Shown piece by piece: positions 19,080-28,138 of a stretch of 64,000 bases of DNA; the first letter of the stretch is position 1, and the number at the start of each line of letters is the position of its first letter. Origin of the DNA: a virus. The stretch lies in the IMG/VR virus record IMGVR_UViG_3300027413_000002; one strand, given 5' to 3'. The translations under genes were made by a program, and so were the position numbers. Below the pieces are notes generated by a model. That model searched no databases. It worked only from the letters and a program-made list of their open reading frames with translations, and was not told the origin of the DNA.

Positions 19080-19622
19080 CTATGTTGCAAAATACCAGCT
19101 TGGTGTTTCACGTTTCGTCCACACAGCCATCTTTGCTTTGGCGATGCGATAGTATTCACGATATGCTTCAATGGAGTCAGACTGTTTGAATTCGTCTGGC
19201 ATTGCTTGGGGCATCTTGGTCATTGGACCATCTTTGATACCCATTGGTGCATTCTTTAAGATATGTTCTAACTTCTGTTGAGTCAGATGCACTCTACCAT
19301 AGCGGTGTGTGTATTCCTTACAAAGTTCTTCCCACAAAGAATACAACCACATATAGTTACTGAATGACTCCCTCGCCCAGATACCAGAGGGGTGATTGAT
19401 GTGTGATGCTTTGTAGAGAATTTGATCTTGCTCTGAGTTGGGATGCTCCCAGCGAGCGATGCGTCGACCAGCGGCAGTCTTGTCATACCACTGAGTGCCA
19501 TCGATGACACGGTGTGCTGTCGACATAAGTTGAGCATACTCGATAATCATTTTGACGACGTGTTTGTCGAGGTGTTGTTTAGCGGCAGTTTCGTAGTTCT
19601 CATCTAAGTAAAATATATTCAT
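19080..19622 (-). CDS. Pyrimidine-dimer glycosylase (DenV)-related protein
   Basis: MNIFYLD, DKHVVKMIIEYAQL, HINHPS, EYTHRYG, QAMPD. Confidence 0.7.
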   Translation of the reverse strand: MNIFYLDENYETAAKQHLDKHVVKMIIEYAQLMSTAHRVIDGTQWYDKTAAGRRIARWEHPNSEQDQILYKASHINHPSGIWARESFSNYMWLYSLWEELCKEYTHRYGRVHLTQQKLEHILKNAPMGIKDGPMTKMPQAMPDEFKQSDSIEAYREYYRIAKAKMAVWTKRETPSWYFAT

Positions 19623-19792
19623 CTCATCCTCCTGAATACTTTAGTCCAATGATTATGCATCACTTTGCGTGCTAAGTCAAGATCTTTTTTTACTTCTGGA
19701 TATGCAACAATACCGTTGTTGTAGTCTCGCTCATACGTCTCAATTATACGACGAGCGTCCGTCAAGGGCATCTTTAATTCTTCTTCGGGCAT
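19619..19792 (-). CDS. Small hypothetical protein
   Basis: GGAG SD before MPEEELK; lies downstream of the promoter at 19827-19855. Confidence 0.5.
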   Translation of the reverse strand: MPEEELKMPLTDARRIIETYERDYNNGIVAYPEVKKDLDLARKVMHNHWTKVFRRMR

Positions 19793-19955
19793 CTCTGTCT
19801 CCGAGTTCATATGCTTGTAAGAGTAAATTATACAACTCTTCAGCTGAAAAGTCAAGCACATTTTTGCGTTCAGCCTTGCCGCGCATATCTCGAATATATG
19901 CTATGAGATCGTCTTTACCAGTGCGATATTCGATGTCTTCAATATTTCTTATCAT
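19740..19955 (-). CDS. Small hypothetical protein
   Basis: ATGA-coupled to the upstream exonuclease. Confidence 0.55.
   Translation of the reverse strand: MIRNIEDIEYRTGKDDLIAYIRDMRGKAERKNVLDFSAEELYNLLLQAYELGDRDARRRIKDALDGRSSYN
19827..19855 (-). promoter_or_regulatory. sigma70-type promoter (TTGACT-N17-TATAAT) inside the 19740-19955 ORF
   Basis: Near-consensus boxes. Confidence 0.75.
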
Positions 19956-20503
19956 GTCCGTAAAATCTTTACCAGAGTGTTGGTTTGGCTGATAGCATCA
20001 TCCAGAGCATTATGATGTGTATCGTCTTCAGTTGCTCGGATCTTTGCGTTGCTGACTCCGACCAGATTAGTCGCAGTTTTGAAACAATGGATATGCCAGT
20101 ATTTCCAAGGTGGTTTCTCGTGTCCAATAGAGTACATGGCAGACTCTAGGATTTGCACATCAAACCCTGCGCTGTTACCCCAGATAGGGATAGACTTATC
20201 GCCATACCAATCACGGAACTCATTGATGGCTTTCTCAAACGGCATTGTGTCGACCATAAGTTGTTTCAGAGCATGCTTATTCTGCTTGCTCCACCATTCA
20301 ATTGTACCTTTATCAATATGTCGATCGTACTTCTTTGCTGTCGAAGCATCGATGTTTTGATAATAGGTATCAATAACACCTGTCTCGATATTGAATTTGG
20401 TCGCTCCAATAGATAGGATAGCTGCATTACCTCTCGTGCTGAGAGTTTCGATATCAACCATCACCTGATATTGTTTTGGATCCATGAAAAGTTGTGCGCT
20501 CAT
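19952..20503 (-). CDS. DEDDh 3'-5' exonuclease (DexA/Rv2179c-like)
   Basis: VDIETL, WGNSAGFD, HNALDDA. Confidence 0.85.
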   Translation of the reverse strand: MSAQLFMDPKQYQVMVDIETLSTRGNAAILSIGATKFNIETGVIDTYYQNIDASTAKKYDRHIDKGTIEWWSKQNKHALKQLMVDTMPFEKAINEFRDWYGDKSIPIWGNSAGFDVQILESAMYSIGHEKPPWKYWHIHCFKTATNLVGVSNAKIRATEDDTHHNALDDAISQTNTLVKILRT

Positions 20504-21120
20504 TAGTCTTTTGTTTCCTTGTCCATATCTTGCATTACTTCAAGTTTCTCTTTGGCAAGTTTCAATGCTTCTTTGTCATCGAGGTATTTTGGTCTGCGCT
20601 TCTTCAATCCAGCTTTCTGATCAGCATGTTTCTCTTCTAGTTGTGCTGCTTCGTCAACTGCTTTTCGGATATACTCTAAATACTCGGTGTTTCCGTCATT
20701 GCCATCAGTATCAGACATCATCAATTCTTGCATATCTAGACTACCGATAAACTTCTTCTTCGTATCCATCTGTTTCTTTTCTTTCTGAATACGACGAATG
20801 AATGCATAATAAGTAATCTGTGTGAAATATGCAAACGGATTTTTTGATTTCTCTGGATCGAAGTTATCAATATATGTGATACAGTTTTCGATACCGTCGA
20901 GAATCATCTCATCGCGGAATGTATAGTTTACAAAGTTGGATTTATATGCGAGGTGGTTGCCGATCTTCACCATACATTCACCGAGATATTCGGTTACTCG
21001 AGGTTTTTGCTCACCAGCAGCTTTTGCAGCTTGCACTCGCTCCCTGTATGCGGTAATCGCAACAAGGAATTCTTTGTTGTCAACATAGTGTCGACTATTG
21101 GGATCTCTTCTTTTAGCCAT
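20503..21120 (-). CDS. 55: Late transcription sigma factor gp55
   Basis: HYVDNKEF, NFVNYTFRDEMILDGIENC, NPFAYFTQI, AFIRRIQKEKKQ. Confidence 0.97.
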   Translation of the reverse strand: MAKRRDPNSRHYVDNKEFLVAITAYRERVQAAKAAGEQKPRVTEYLGECMVKIGNHLAYKSNFVNYTFRDEMILDGIENCITYIDNFDPEKSKNPFAYFTQITYYAFIRRIQKEKKQMDTKKKFIGSLDMQELMMSDTDGNDGNTEYLEYIRKAVDEAAQLEEKHADQKAGLKKRRPKYLDDKEALKLAKEKLEVMQDMDKETKD

Positions 21121-21129
21121 AATATCACC

Positions 21130-21158
21130 ATTCTACATTATTAATACAAAAATGTCAA
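21130..21158 (-). promoter_or_regulatory. sigma70-type promoter for gp55 (TTGACA-N17-TAGAAT)
   Basis: Read directly. Confidence 0.75.
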
Positions 21159-21193
21159 GCATAGTTTTATTTTAATTTTAATCAAAGTAATGC

Positions 21194-21222
21194 TTGACTA
21201 TTACTAAGATCGTTGGTATAAT
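21194..21222 (+). promoter_or_regulatory. Antisense-oriented sigma70 promoter (TTGACT-N17-TATAAT, extended -10 TG)
   Basis: Near-perfect consensus pointing into the - strand genes, back-to-back with the gp55 promoter. Confidence 0.7.
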
Positions 21223-21250
21223 CAGCATGTCGCTGTTTGAAAGAGAAGTA

Positions 21251-21655
21251 TTAATTAATCTTATTATTGTTCTTAGCTTCTATGTAATCAAGCAGGTCAT
21301 CTGGACTCAGGGCATCAGCCATAGAGTTTGTTGTGGCTCTTTGCTGTTTGTCTTCAAAGAATATCTTTTTGACACATTGTTCGTATCCAGTAATGTGCGA
21401 CTCTATCAGTTTAGCGACAACGACGATTGAGGAGGTCGACACTGTGAACGCAACGTCATCTGACAGACCCATCCACCCCTTCAACATATACGACTCACTT
21501 AGATAATCTTCATCTTCGTCTACACCGCCAGAGTATATCTCAATCGGATACATCAAATTAACAAATGGAGTTGAGAGGTCATACTCTTTCTCGAGACATG
21601 CAACTATCTGAGATCCATCTGCAAACCGTATTACTCGTATCTTATCAAAACTCAT
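21251..21655 (-). CDS. Conserved hypothetical protein between uvsW and gp55
   Basis: ATGA-coupled to uvsW; this position is typical of marine T4-like phages. Confidence 0.7.
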   Translation of the reverse strand: MSFDKIRVIRFADGSQIVACLEKEYDLSTPFVNLMYPIEIYSGGVDEDEDYLSESYMLKGWMGLSDDVAFTVSTSSIVVVAKLIESHITGYEQCVKKIFFEDKQQRATTNSMADALSPDDLLDYIEAKNNNKIN

Positions 21656-23133
21656 TTGTCAACCTTAACAAGTTTATATTTAAAACCTTCTTCATTATAT
21701 AATTTAATCCGTTCAACTAAATGATCAAGAGTGTAATTTTTCTTAGACTTCCAAGATAGGTCATCACCAATATCAAAGAGATTGCAAGCAACCTTATTAT
21801 CTCCAAGACGTAGACCCCGACCGATCGACTGCAAATTTCTTACTCTGCTTTTCGATGGTGAGGAGAACACCACATTATGCAGGTTCCTTATATTTATACC
21901 TGTCGAGAAAGTGCCATACGAGGCGACAATTATAGCGTCATCGCACTTCTCCGTCAAGGCACGTATCTCTTCGCGTTGCTCCGTATCAGTACCACCATAA
22001 ACAAAATACACTGGTCTGTCTTTTGCTGCTTTCTTCTTAATCATATCATAGAGGACGTTTCCGTGTTTCTCCACAAACTGATATAGAACCAAGCTGTTTC
22101 CCTTCTGATCAATCACCAGATTGCTGATCAGATTATTTCTCCAATGATCGCGTACCAGCCAGTCAACTTCCTCCTGATACTTCATGGTCTTCATCGCCTT
22201 TCGCTCTTCATCTTTGTGTTGTAGCAATAGGCATGTGATGTTTAGATTTGCGACCTTACCATCTTCCATAAGTTCTTTGGTGGTGATAACCTTTGTCACA
22301 TTACCGAAACAACCTTCCAGCACGAGGCGGTGAGTCTTTGTCCCGTCTAGCGTACCAGTGGTTCCGAATCTCCAATGTGCGTTCTGACACTTGTCAAGGA
22401 TCGATGTAAGAGACTTCGCCTTGAACAAATGCGCTTCGTCTCCATATACAACATCAAACTTCTCGAACCATTTCTTCGGAAACTTGTAGATAGATTGCCA
22501 AGTTGAGATGGTAACAGGGAATTCGTTTGATTTTTCTTTACCGCCATAGATTCGATGGCAGTTTTCGCTCGCTTGCCAATCAACAGCACTCGCGTAGTCT
22601 TGGAAGTCACCATACATCTGCTCGACCAGCGAGGTCGTTGGAACAATAATCAGCTGCTTCTTATTTCTCTCTTGGTAGTACCGCATGAGAGTATAGATGA
22701 TAAGAGACTTACCAGAAGCAGTGGGTGATAACAACAAAGACCTTGCGCCTTGAATACCTTTACGGACAGCTTGCACCTGATAATCTCTTATCTCGATCGG
22801 CTTTTCGCCACCATGTAGGTTTAGCTTCTTCGCAAAGTTCTCAATGTATTCAGTCGATACTATGTCACCCTTTGACTCAATGCGGTTGTCTACGGTGTAC
22901 TCCAGCTGTGCAGAGAAGTCTAGGAGGTACTTTATCAGCCCAACAGGTAATTCTTTGTTGAACATATTAAACAGTCTTGCTTTACCGTCCCACATCCTTG
23001 ATCTATATGCAGGCATGAATTTGGCTCCTGGAACATCAAATGTGAAGAAGTCATTTAGTTCCTGAAGTATTCCTGTGTCACACTCAACGTGCATGTGCAC
23101 TGCATTTTTGTATGTGACAGTTATGTCAGCCAT
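21652..23133 (-). CDS. uvsW: DNA helicase UvsW
   Basis: SPTASGKS, DEAH, GTTGT, STGINI, QSIGRGLR. Confidence 0.97.
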   Translation of the reverse strand: MADITVTYKNAVHMHVECDTGILQELNDFFTFDVPGAKFMPAYRSRMWDGKARLFNMFNKELPVGLIKYLLDFSAQLEYTVDNRIESKGDIVSTEYIENFAKKLNLHGGEKPIEIRDYQVQAVRKGIQGARSLLLSPTASGKSLIIYTLMRYYQERNKKQLIIVPTTSLVEQMYGDFQDYASAVDWQASENCHRIYGGKEKSNEFPVTISTWQSIYKFPKKWFEKFDVVYGDEAHLFKAKSLTSILDKCQNAHWRFGTTGTLDGTKTHRLVLEGCFGNVTKVITTKELMEDGKVANLNITCLLLQHKDEERKAMKTMKYQEEVDWLVRDHWRNNLISNLVIDQKGNSLVLYQFVEKHGNVLYDMIKKKAAKDRPVYFVYGGTDTEQREEIRALTEKCDDAIIVASYGTFSTGINIRNLHNVVFSSPSKSRVRNLQSIGRGLRLGDNKVACNLFDIGDDLSWKSKKNYTLDHLVERIKLYNEEGFKYKLVKVDK

Positions 23134-23576
23134 TACATAAGTCCATTTGTAAATTTAGTCCACTCGATACCATTCTTAATATCCCAAGTCCTGCTGTGGA
23201 GGGATCGCATAACTCGGTCGAGGAAATCAACGACAGTGCGGATATACTCAACCTTGTTCATCTGTTCTTGTAAGTCATCGTCTGACTCAATCATCTCTGC
23301 CATGTCGTTTTTTAGAGGTTTGTTGCCGAGCCATTGATCCCAGCCAAGAGTTTCAAGTTCCTGTTTGGATAATTCTCCGCGCCAGTATTGTTGCTTGATT
23401 CTTCTCAGCTTGTAGAATGCACCCTCCGATTTTCGGAGTTGCAGCTTGAAGTTGGAAAGGTGGTTTAGATATTTTGAATGCAGTTCAGCAGTCTTGATTG
23501 TTGCTTTTCCGAGTTCTAACTCGTCAATCTTGCAATCGACTGCCCACGATTCTTGGAGTTCTTTTAATGTAATCAT
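23133..23576 (-). CDS. uvsY: Recombination mediator UvsY
   Basis: LHSKYL, RTWDIKNGIEW; synteny. Confidence 0.9.
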   Translation of the reverse strand: MITLKELQESWAVDCKIDELELGKATIKTAELHSKYLNHLSNFKLQLRKSEGAFYKLRRIKQQYWRGELSKQELETLGWDQWLGNKPLKNDMAEMIESDDDLQEQMNKVEYIRTVVDFLDRVMRSLHSRTWDIKNGIEWTKFTNGLM

Positions 23577-23591
23577 AATATAATGTATTTA

Positions 23592-24179
23592 TCACGTCAA
23601 ATTTTCGATCTTGAAAGTCCTGTATCTGAACCCTGCGATACCAGTGAAGTAGTCACCAGCACCTTGTGTGATATCAAAGTCAAGACCTTCCAGACTGGTT
23701 GGGAAGGCATCAAAGAATGTAATCTTGATAGTTGGGTTATTGTTTGAATCAAGAACAAATAGGTCAGCATCACTCACTTGGGCGATTGCTTCTTTTTTGC
23801 TCTTCTGTGCGGTGGCAGTCCTATACTCTTGCGACTTAATGAAGTCGGTAAACTGCTGATTTTTATCTGGGAAACCAAGACCAAACAGCCAGTTATACAA
23901 TTCCTGATAGTTCGCCATGTCCTCTTGCACTAGGAATCTGATGATCAATTCACCAAACTGGATCTTATCTCCAGGAAATGGTAATGTCGCCAGAGGTGTT
24001 TCCACCTGTGGAGAACCGAGAGATATCTGTGGGATATTCGCAGCTTGACAGAAAAAAGAAACTTGGGGAATGTTAGCGATCTGAAATCGGAAACCATTTG
24101 GGCGCAAGAAATCTAGTTCAGCAGGATTGTTCTGACTGAAGTCTGATTCTGCAACATCTGTAATAGGGTTATATGCCAT
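23592..24179 (-). CDS. 3: Tail completion/tube terminator gp3
   Basis: FLRPNGFRF, FCQAANIP, PGDK, EDMANY, DAFPTSL; late promoter at 24184-24191. Confidence 0.85.
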   Translation of the reverse strand: MAYNPITDVAESDFSQNNPAELDFLRPNGFRFQIANIPQVSFFCQAANIPQISLGSPQVETPLATLPFPGDKIQFGELIIRFLVQEDMANYQELYNWLFGLGFPDKNQQFTDFIKSQEYRTATAQKSKKEAIAQVSDADLFVLDSNNNPTIKITFFDAFPTSLEGLDFDITQGAGDYFTGIAGFRYRTFKIENLT

Positions 24180-24195
24180 ACTCTATTTATACGAG

Positions 24196-24513
24196 TTATA
24201 TTGTGAAACTCTCTCCGCAACCACAACGTGATTTCTCTAATGTATTAACGAATTCAAATCCTTCATTAAGTCCATTCTTTTGATAGTCAACTGTGATTCC
24301 TTCAAGAATTAAATTATCCTTTGGGTCAATCAAGATTGAGAAACCTTCATATTCATTTTGAATGTCTCCTTCATTGATTGTGTCTGCATACTCGAGTTTG
24401 TATGCATAGCCGCTACAGCCAGTGGTTTCAATACCTATACGAATGCCAATACCTTTACCGCGATTGGATAAGTAAGATTTGAGTTTGTCTTTTGCGATGT
24501 CTGTAACTTCCAT
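24196..24513 (-). CDS. iscA: Iron-sulfur cluster A-type carrier IscA/HesB
   Basis: TTGCSGYAY, GLNEGFEF, CGCGESF; start at the ATG 5 nt after late promoter 24519-24526. Confidence 0.93.
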   Translation of the reverse strand: MEVTDIAKDKLKSYLSNRGKGIGIRIGIETTGCSGYAYKLEYADTINEGDIQNEYEGFSILIDPKDNLILEGITVDYQKNGLNEGFEFVNTLEKSRCGCGESFTI

Positions 24514-24533
24514 ATCTGTATTTATATACGCGC

Positions 24534-24561
24534 AAAAAAAAGGGGACTTCACGTCCCCTTT
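24534..24561 (-). terminator. Rho-independent terminator after the lipoprotein gene
   Basis: AAAGGGGAC-GTGAA-GTCCCCTTT followed by a T run. Confidence 0.85.
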
Positions 24562-24564
24562 CCT

Positions 24565-24771
24565 TTATTCTTCTTCTGGTTTGGTTGCATCTGTGCCAGT
24601 CTTGGTAGCAACATCTTTAATCAAATTTGATGTTACATCCAATACACCTGCGGTTACACCAAAGACATCTGAACCGACACCTTTAATAACACCACCAGTA
24701 CCATCGATAGTTGCATCGACAGTTGAACAAGCAGACAAAACTAATGCGAATGCAATTGCAATAAAACGCAT
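24565..24771 (-). CDS. Small lipoprotein
   Basis: Signal peptide with lipobox LSAC (Cys15); AGGAG SD. Confidence 0.8.
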   Translation of the reverse strand: MRFIAIAFALVLSACSTVDATIDGTGGVIKGVGSDVFGVTAGVLDVTSNLIKDVATKTGTDATKPEEE

Positions 24772-24881
24772 AATATTCTCCTGTTTTCTATATTACTGGA
24801 TAACCAGATTCCGAACGCTTACCCATATAGGGCATCCCCACACTGTTACTTTGTTCAGTTCGTGAACACATATATGTATAC

Positions 24882-24912
24882 AAAAAAAAGAGGCGATCCG
24901 AAGACCGCCTCT
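24882..24912 (-). terminator. Terminator after gp23 (C-UUCG-G loop)
   Basis: AGAGGCGGTC-TTCG-GATCGCCTCT followed by a T run; a second hairpin lies at 24917-24946. Confidence 0.9.
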
Positions 24913-24950
24913 CTCAAATAAGTGGTTGGTTGACCCAACTCTTATTATTT

Positions 24951-26195
24951 TTACATCAAGTTTGTTACTTTAACGCTTCTGTAGTACTGGTTACGATCAG
25001 CAGTGAAAGTAGCAGCATCAGTAGTTCCGTCAGCTTGGGTAACGAATGGATTAGCAACCATACCGTAACGAGTCTTGAAGCCGATTTTTGGCTGGAAGTC
25101 GGCAGGATCGATTGCACGTACTTGCTGCAGCGGCACATATGGGCAGTAGAAGATACCAGCATCATATGCCGAAGTACCTTTGTAGCCAACTGTGTAGAAC
25201 TGAGAAGCAGCACCAGTGTTAGCGGAGTATGGATCGATGTACACTTTGTAACGACCGTTCAATACACCAGCAAAAGTGTTACCAGTATCATCAACATTCA
25301 GATCTGTGTTCAGTGCTGGAGCATAATCCAGAACACCAGCCATTGCCAGAGCAGAAGCAACATCAGAAGAACATACGATGAAGTTACCTTTACCGCGACG
25401 AGTCTCTTGAGCAATTACGTTGGCATCACGTTCAATGTTGAACAGAAGACCTTTGAAACGCTCAACCGACCAACGACCGTTAGAGTCGACGTCAAGGTCA
25501 AAAGTACCAGCAGTAGCAGTAGAAGCAGAACCAGGTTTTGCAACTTTATAGATTGTGCGGATCACCTCACGGTTGATTTCAGCCAAAATTTCCTGAGACA
25601 GAATGTTCGACAATTCGCTCTCAGCGTCAAGACCGTGGATTGCTTTCAAGTCTTGTGCCAGTTCGATTGTGTACTCTGCTTTCAGTGCGCGTGTCTTAGC
25701 AGTTACAGAAGTTTTCTCGATCGAGAATGCCATCTCTGCAGGGTCAAGTGCTTCACCAGTGGCAGTAGCCATGCCAGTACCAGTTGTGTAAGTACCGTCA
25801 ACTGGGTTAGAACCAGCGTGAGTGCCAGTACCAGAGAAGTCTGTGTCAGCTTCGTTGAACAGGGCTTCAGTACCAGTTTTGCTAGTGTAGTGCGATTTCA
25901 TCGCAAAGATCAGTCCAGTTGGACCAGTCATTGGCTGAACACCACAAACATCGTATGCCATCAAGTTTGGCAGCGCACGACGAACAAGGCTGATCAATAC
26001 GGGATCGTAGTTGTCAGCGTTTGCTACAGCGTTTTCGCTTTCGTGAAGAGCAACTTTCTCTTGACGAAGAGCTTTTTCTTGGTTTTCAAGAATAACAGCA
26101 GTCACATTTCTGCGGTGCGCATCCTTAATTTGTGGAAGTTCTGGGTGGTCCAGTACTGGAGCCCATTTTTCCATTTGTGATTCTGAAAGATACAT
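24951..26195 (-). CDS. 23: Major capsid protein gp23
   Basis: KWAPVL, LENQE, DPVLISLVRR, GVQPMTGPTGLIFA, RALKAEY, ELAQDLKAIHGLDAE, YCPYVPL, FQPKIGFKTRYG. Confidence 0.99.
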   Translation of the reverse strand: MYLSESQMEKWAPVLDHPELPQIKDAHRRNVTAVILENQEKALRQEKVALHESENAVANADNYDPVLISLVRRALPNLMAYDVCGVQPMTGPTGLIFAMKSHYTSKTGTEALFNEADTDFSGTGTHAGSNPVDGTYTTGTGMATATGEALDPAEMAFSIEKTSVTAKTRALKAEYTIELAQDLKAIHGLDAESELSNILSQEILAEINREVIRTIYKVAKPGSASTATAGTFDLDVDSNGRWSVERFKGLLFNIERDANVIAQETRRGKGNFIVCSSDVASALAMAGVLDYAPALNTDLNVDDTGNTFAGVLNGRYKVYIDPYSANTGAASQFYTVGYKGTSAYDAGIFYCPYVPLQQVRAIDPADFQPKIGFKTRYGMVANPFVTQADGTTDAATFTADRNQYYRSVKVTNLM

Positions 26196-26240
26196 CTTTC
26201 GTCTCCTTGCTTTTTGGTTGTTTTAAGTTTTAACTATTAT

Positions 26241-26248
26241 TATTTATA
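26241..26248 (-). promoter_or_regulatory. T4 late promoter TATAAATA for gp23
   Basis: Exact match. Other exact matches on - start at 15627, 21891, 24184, 24519, 27472, 31375, 34222, 39049, 41145, 56712 and 58719; variants at 23586, 24873, 48266 and 63736. Confidence 0.9.
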
Positions 26249-26252
26249 AAAA

Positions 26253-27437
26253 TTATCTTTTTACCGATTTCGAAATCGCTTGGGCATAGATGCTGATTGG
26301 TGAAGAATCTTCATTGATCACAACACTTTCGTCGTCAATCAATTTGTCTTCTTCCTGCAATGCTTTCTGTGTAGGGAAATAATTTTCCTTAATCACACTC
26401 AGCTTAACAGAGTAATCGCCATCAAACTCAACGTCTTCAACGAGTTTCGCAAACTTCTCAGCTTCAGTTACAGTCAAGTCAGCAGTTGCTTCTTTGAGTG
26501 CAGCATCTCTTGAGAGGTCTACATTGGCAGAGGATAGGGCGACTTTCTCTTCAGTCGACTCATCCAGCTTGGCTTTGAGTGATTCAATTTCACCCTGCAT
26601 TTCGCCCAGAACATCGTATTTCTCTTCAGGAATATCAATGTAATGCTCGGCAAAAACTTCTTTCAAGGAGCCGACGAATGATTCAGTGATCTCGTTGCGC
26701 AGACCGCGCTCAATAGCGAGTTCATTTTCTTTCATCCAGTTTTCGGCTACATAGTTCAGATAACCATCGATTTTCTGTACCATATCTTCCATGAATGTAT
26801 CTTGTGCTAGTGCAGCTTCTTCAGCGAGTTCAGCTTTAATGTCTTCCATTTCAGAAGTAACACGGGCTGTAACAACAGCTTCAAACAAGCCAGCAGCTTT
26901 AACTTTAAATTCTTCCGACAGATGCTCTTCATCAGCGAACAAGTTAGTCATGTCATCTTGGAACAATGTATCTTCTTCCAATACTTCATCGACTTCTTCA
27001 GCAGACTCTTCTTCGAGTTCAGCTTCAACTTCTTCGTCTGTGATTTCTTCTTCAAGAACTTCGTCTTCAGACTCAGTGTCTTCAGCTTTTACATCAGCTG
27101 AAGTTCCAGGCTTATTTACCTGACCTCCAGTAGATGCAGTTTTCGAAGAACCTTGAGTTGGTGAGGTTTGATCGCCAGCAGTAGGACTAGAAGCGTTCTT
27201 GCTACTGTCTTTCTTTGCTTTAGCGGTGGCAGATTTTCCTGCAGTAGCACTCAACCCATCAGTTTCCAGTGTTTCTTGTTCTGGATTAGCGTCTGATGAA
27301 CCTTGTGCTGGAGCAGAAGCATCGCCTTGTGATCTGTCTGCGGGACGTGATGCAGACTCGTCTAGTTCATTGACTTCTTCAGTCACCATTTCTGGCTTAC
27401 CTTTCAGAAGTTCTCTGATTTTGCTTTCTACAGCCAT
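26253..27437 (-). CDS. 22: Prohead core scaffold gp22
   Basis: Acidic; LSEEFKVKAAGLFEAVV, YLNYVAENWM.EN, IKENYF; synteny. Confidence 0.93.
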   Translation of the reverse strand: MAVESKIRELLKGKPEMVTEEVNELDESASRPADRSQGDASAPAQGSSDANPEQETLETDGLSATAGKSATAKAKKDSSKNASSPTAGDQTSPTQGSSKTASTGGQVNKPGTSADVKAEDTESEDEVLEEEITDEEVEAELEEESAEEVDEVLEEDTLFQDDMTNLFADEEHLSEEFKVKAAGLFEAVVTARVTSEMEDIKAELAEEAALAQDTFMEDMVQKIDGYLNYVAENWMKENELAIERGLRNEITESFVGSLKEVFAEHYIDIPEEKYDVLGEMQGEIESLKAKLDESTEEKVALSSANVDLSRDAALKEATADLTVTEAEKFAKLVEDVEFDGDYSVKLSVIKENYFPTQKALQEEDKLIDDESVVINEDSSPISIYAQAISKSVKR

Positions 27438-27484
27438 TTTATTCTCCTTGTAGAGTTCGTTTTGCTAGTTTTATTTATAATATC

Positions 27485-28138
27485 TTAAATCTTTGATACT
27501 TTGTTAAGGAATGAGCTAAACACCGCCATCTTGGTGGCTTCTAGTTCATGGGAACTGGCTTCTTTGATAATCTCTTGAGCCCTTTCCATTTCTCTTCCTT
27601 GCCAGATACCGTCAACCATAACCCACTCACGGCTTTCCATAATACCTTGTACAAAGGCATCGGGAGCAGATGGGTCTGATACGATATCAGCAGCAGTTGC
27701 CAACATAAAGTCGTCTTGTACTTCGCTGATGCCTGACTTCTCACGGATAGATCCTAGACCACGAGAACTTACACCAAGCTGACAACCTGCTTCAATTAAA
27801 CCTGCAGCAATCTTACCCATAGGAGTGTCAAGGACTTTTGCCTTACCGATCCAGTTGTCTCCATCTTCTTTAAGAGAGACAATCATATGAGAAACGCGAT
27901 CAAGATTTACCGTTGGACCATCTGGATGACCCAATTCGCCTAGAGCACGGTTCTTATTGATGCAGTCTTCGGTGTAACGTGCAACTTCTTTCGCCATAAT
28001 CTCTTTAGGATATACACGACCGTTGCGGTTTTTTAGATTGGATTGTAGAAAAACACCTTCGATGAAGAGTTCTTTCTTCCCGTCTTTTTCTTCGAGGATG
28101 TATTGAACATCCTCTACGAGTTCTTTAATAAGTTTCAT
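27485..28138 (-). CDS. 21: Prohead protease gp21
   Basis: MKLIKE, NRNGRVYP, GELGHP, GVSSRGLGS, DIVSDPSAPDAF. Confidence 0.96.
   Translation of the reverse strand: MKLIKELVEDVQYILEEKDGKKELFIEGVFLQSNLKNRNGRVYPKEIMAKEVARYTEDCINKNRALGELGHPDGPTVNLDRVSHMIVSLKEDGDNWIGKAKVLDTPMGKIAAGLIEAGCQLGVSSRGLGSIREKSGISEVQDDFMLATAADIVSDPSAPDAFVQGIMESREWVMVDGIWQGREMERAQEIIKEASSHELEATKMAVFSSFLNKVSKI

Noticed and set aside
24790-24870. Possible pistol or hammerhead ribozyme, or glnA riboswitch
   Set aside because: Only short fragments (UAAGCGUU, CUGA) match; the required cores and pairings are absent.
24788-24871. 27-aa uORF (MCSRTEQ...) before the lipoprotein
   Set aside because: Its ATG is 1 nt from the putative promoter box and follows a terminator, so it is probably not on the transcript. 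RNA structure explains the region better.
24930-26180. 416-aa + strand ORF antisense to gp23
   Set aside because: It is codon-aligned with gp23 and stays open only because this highly expressed gene avoids TTA, CTA and TCA. It has no promoter, SD or recognisable motif.
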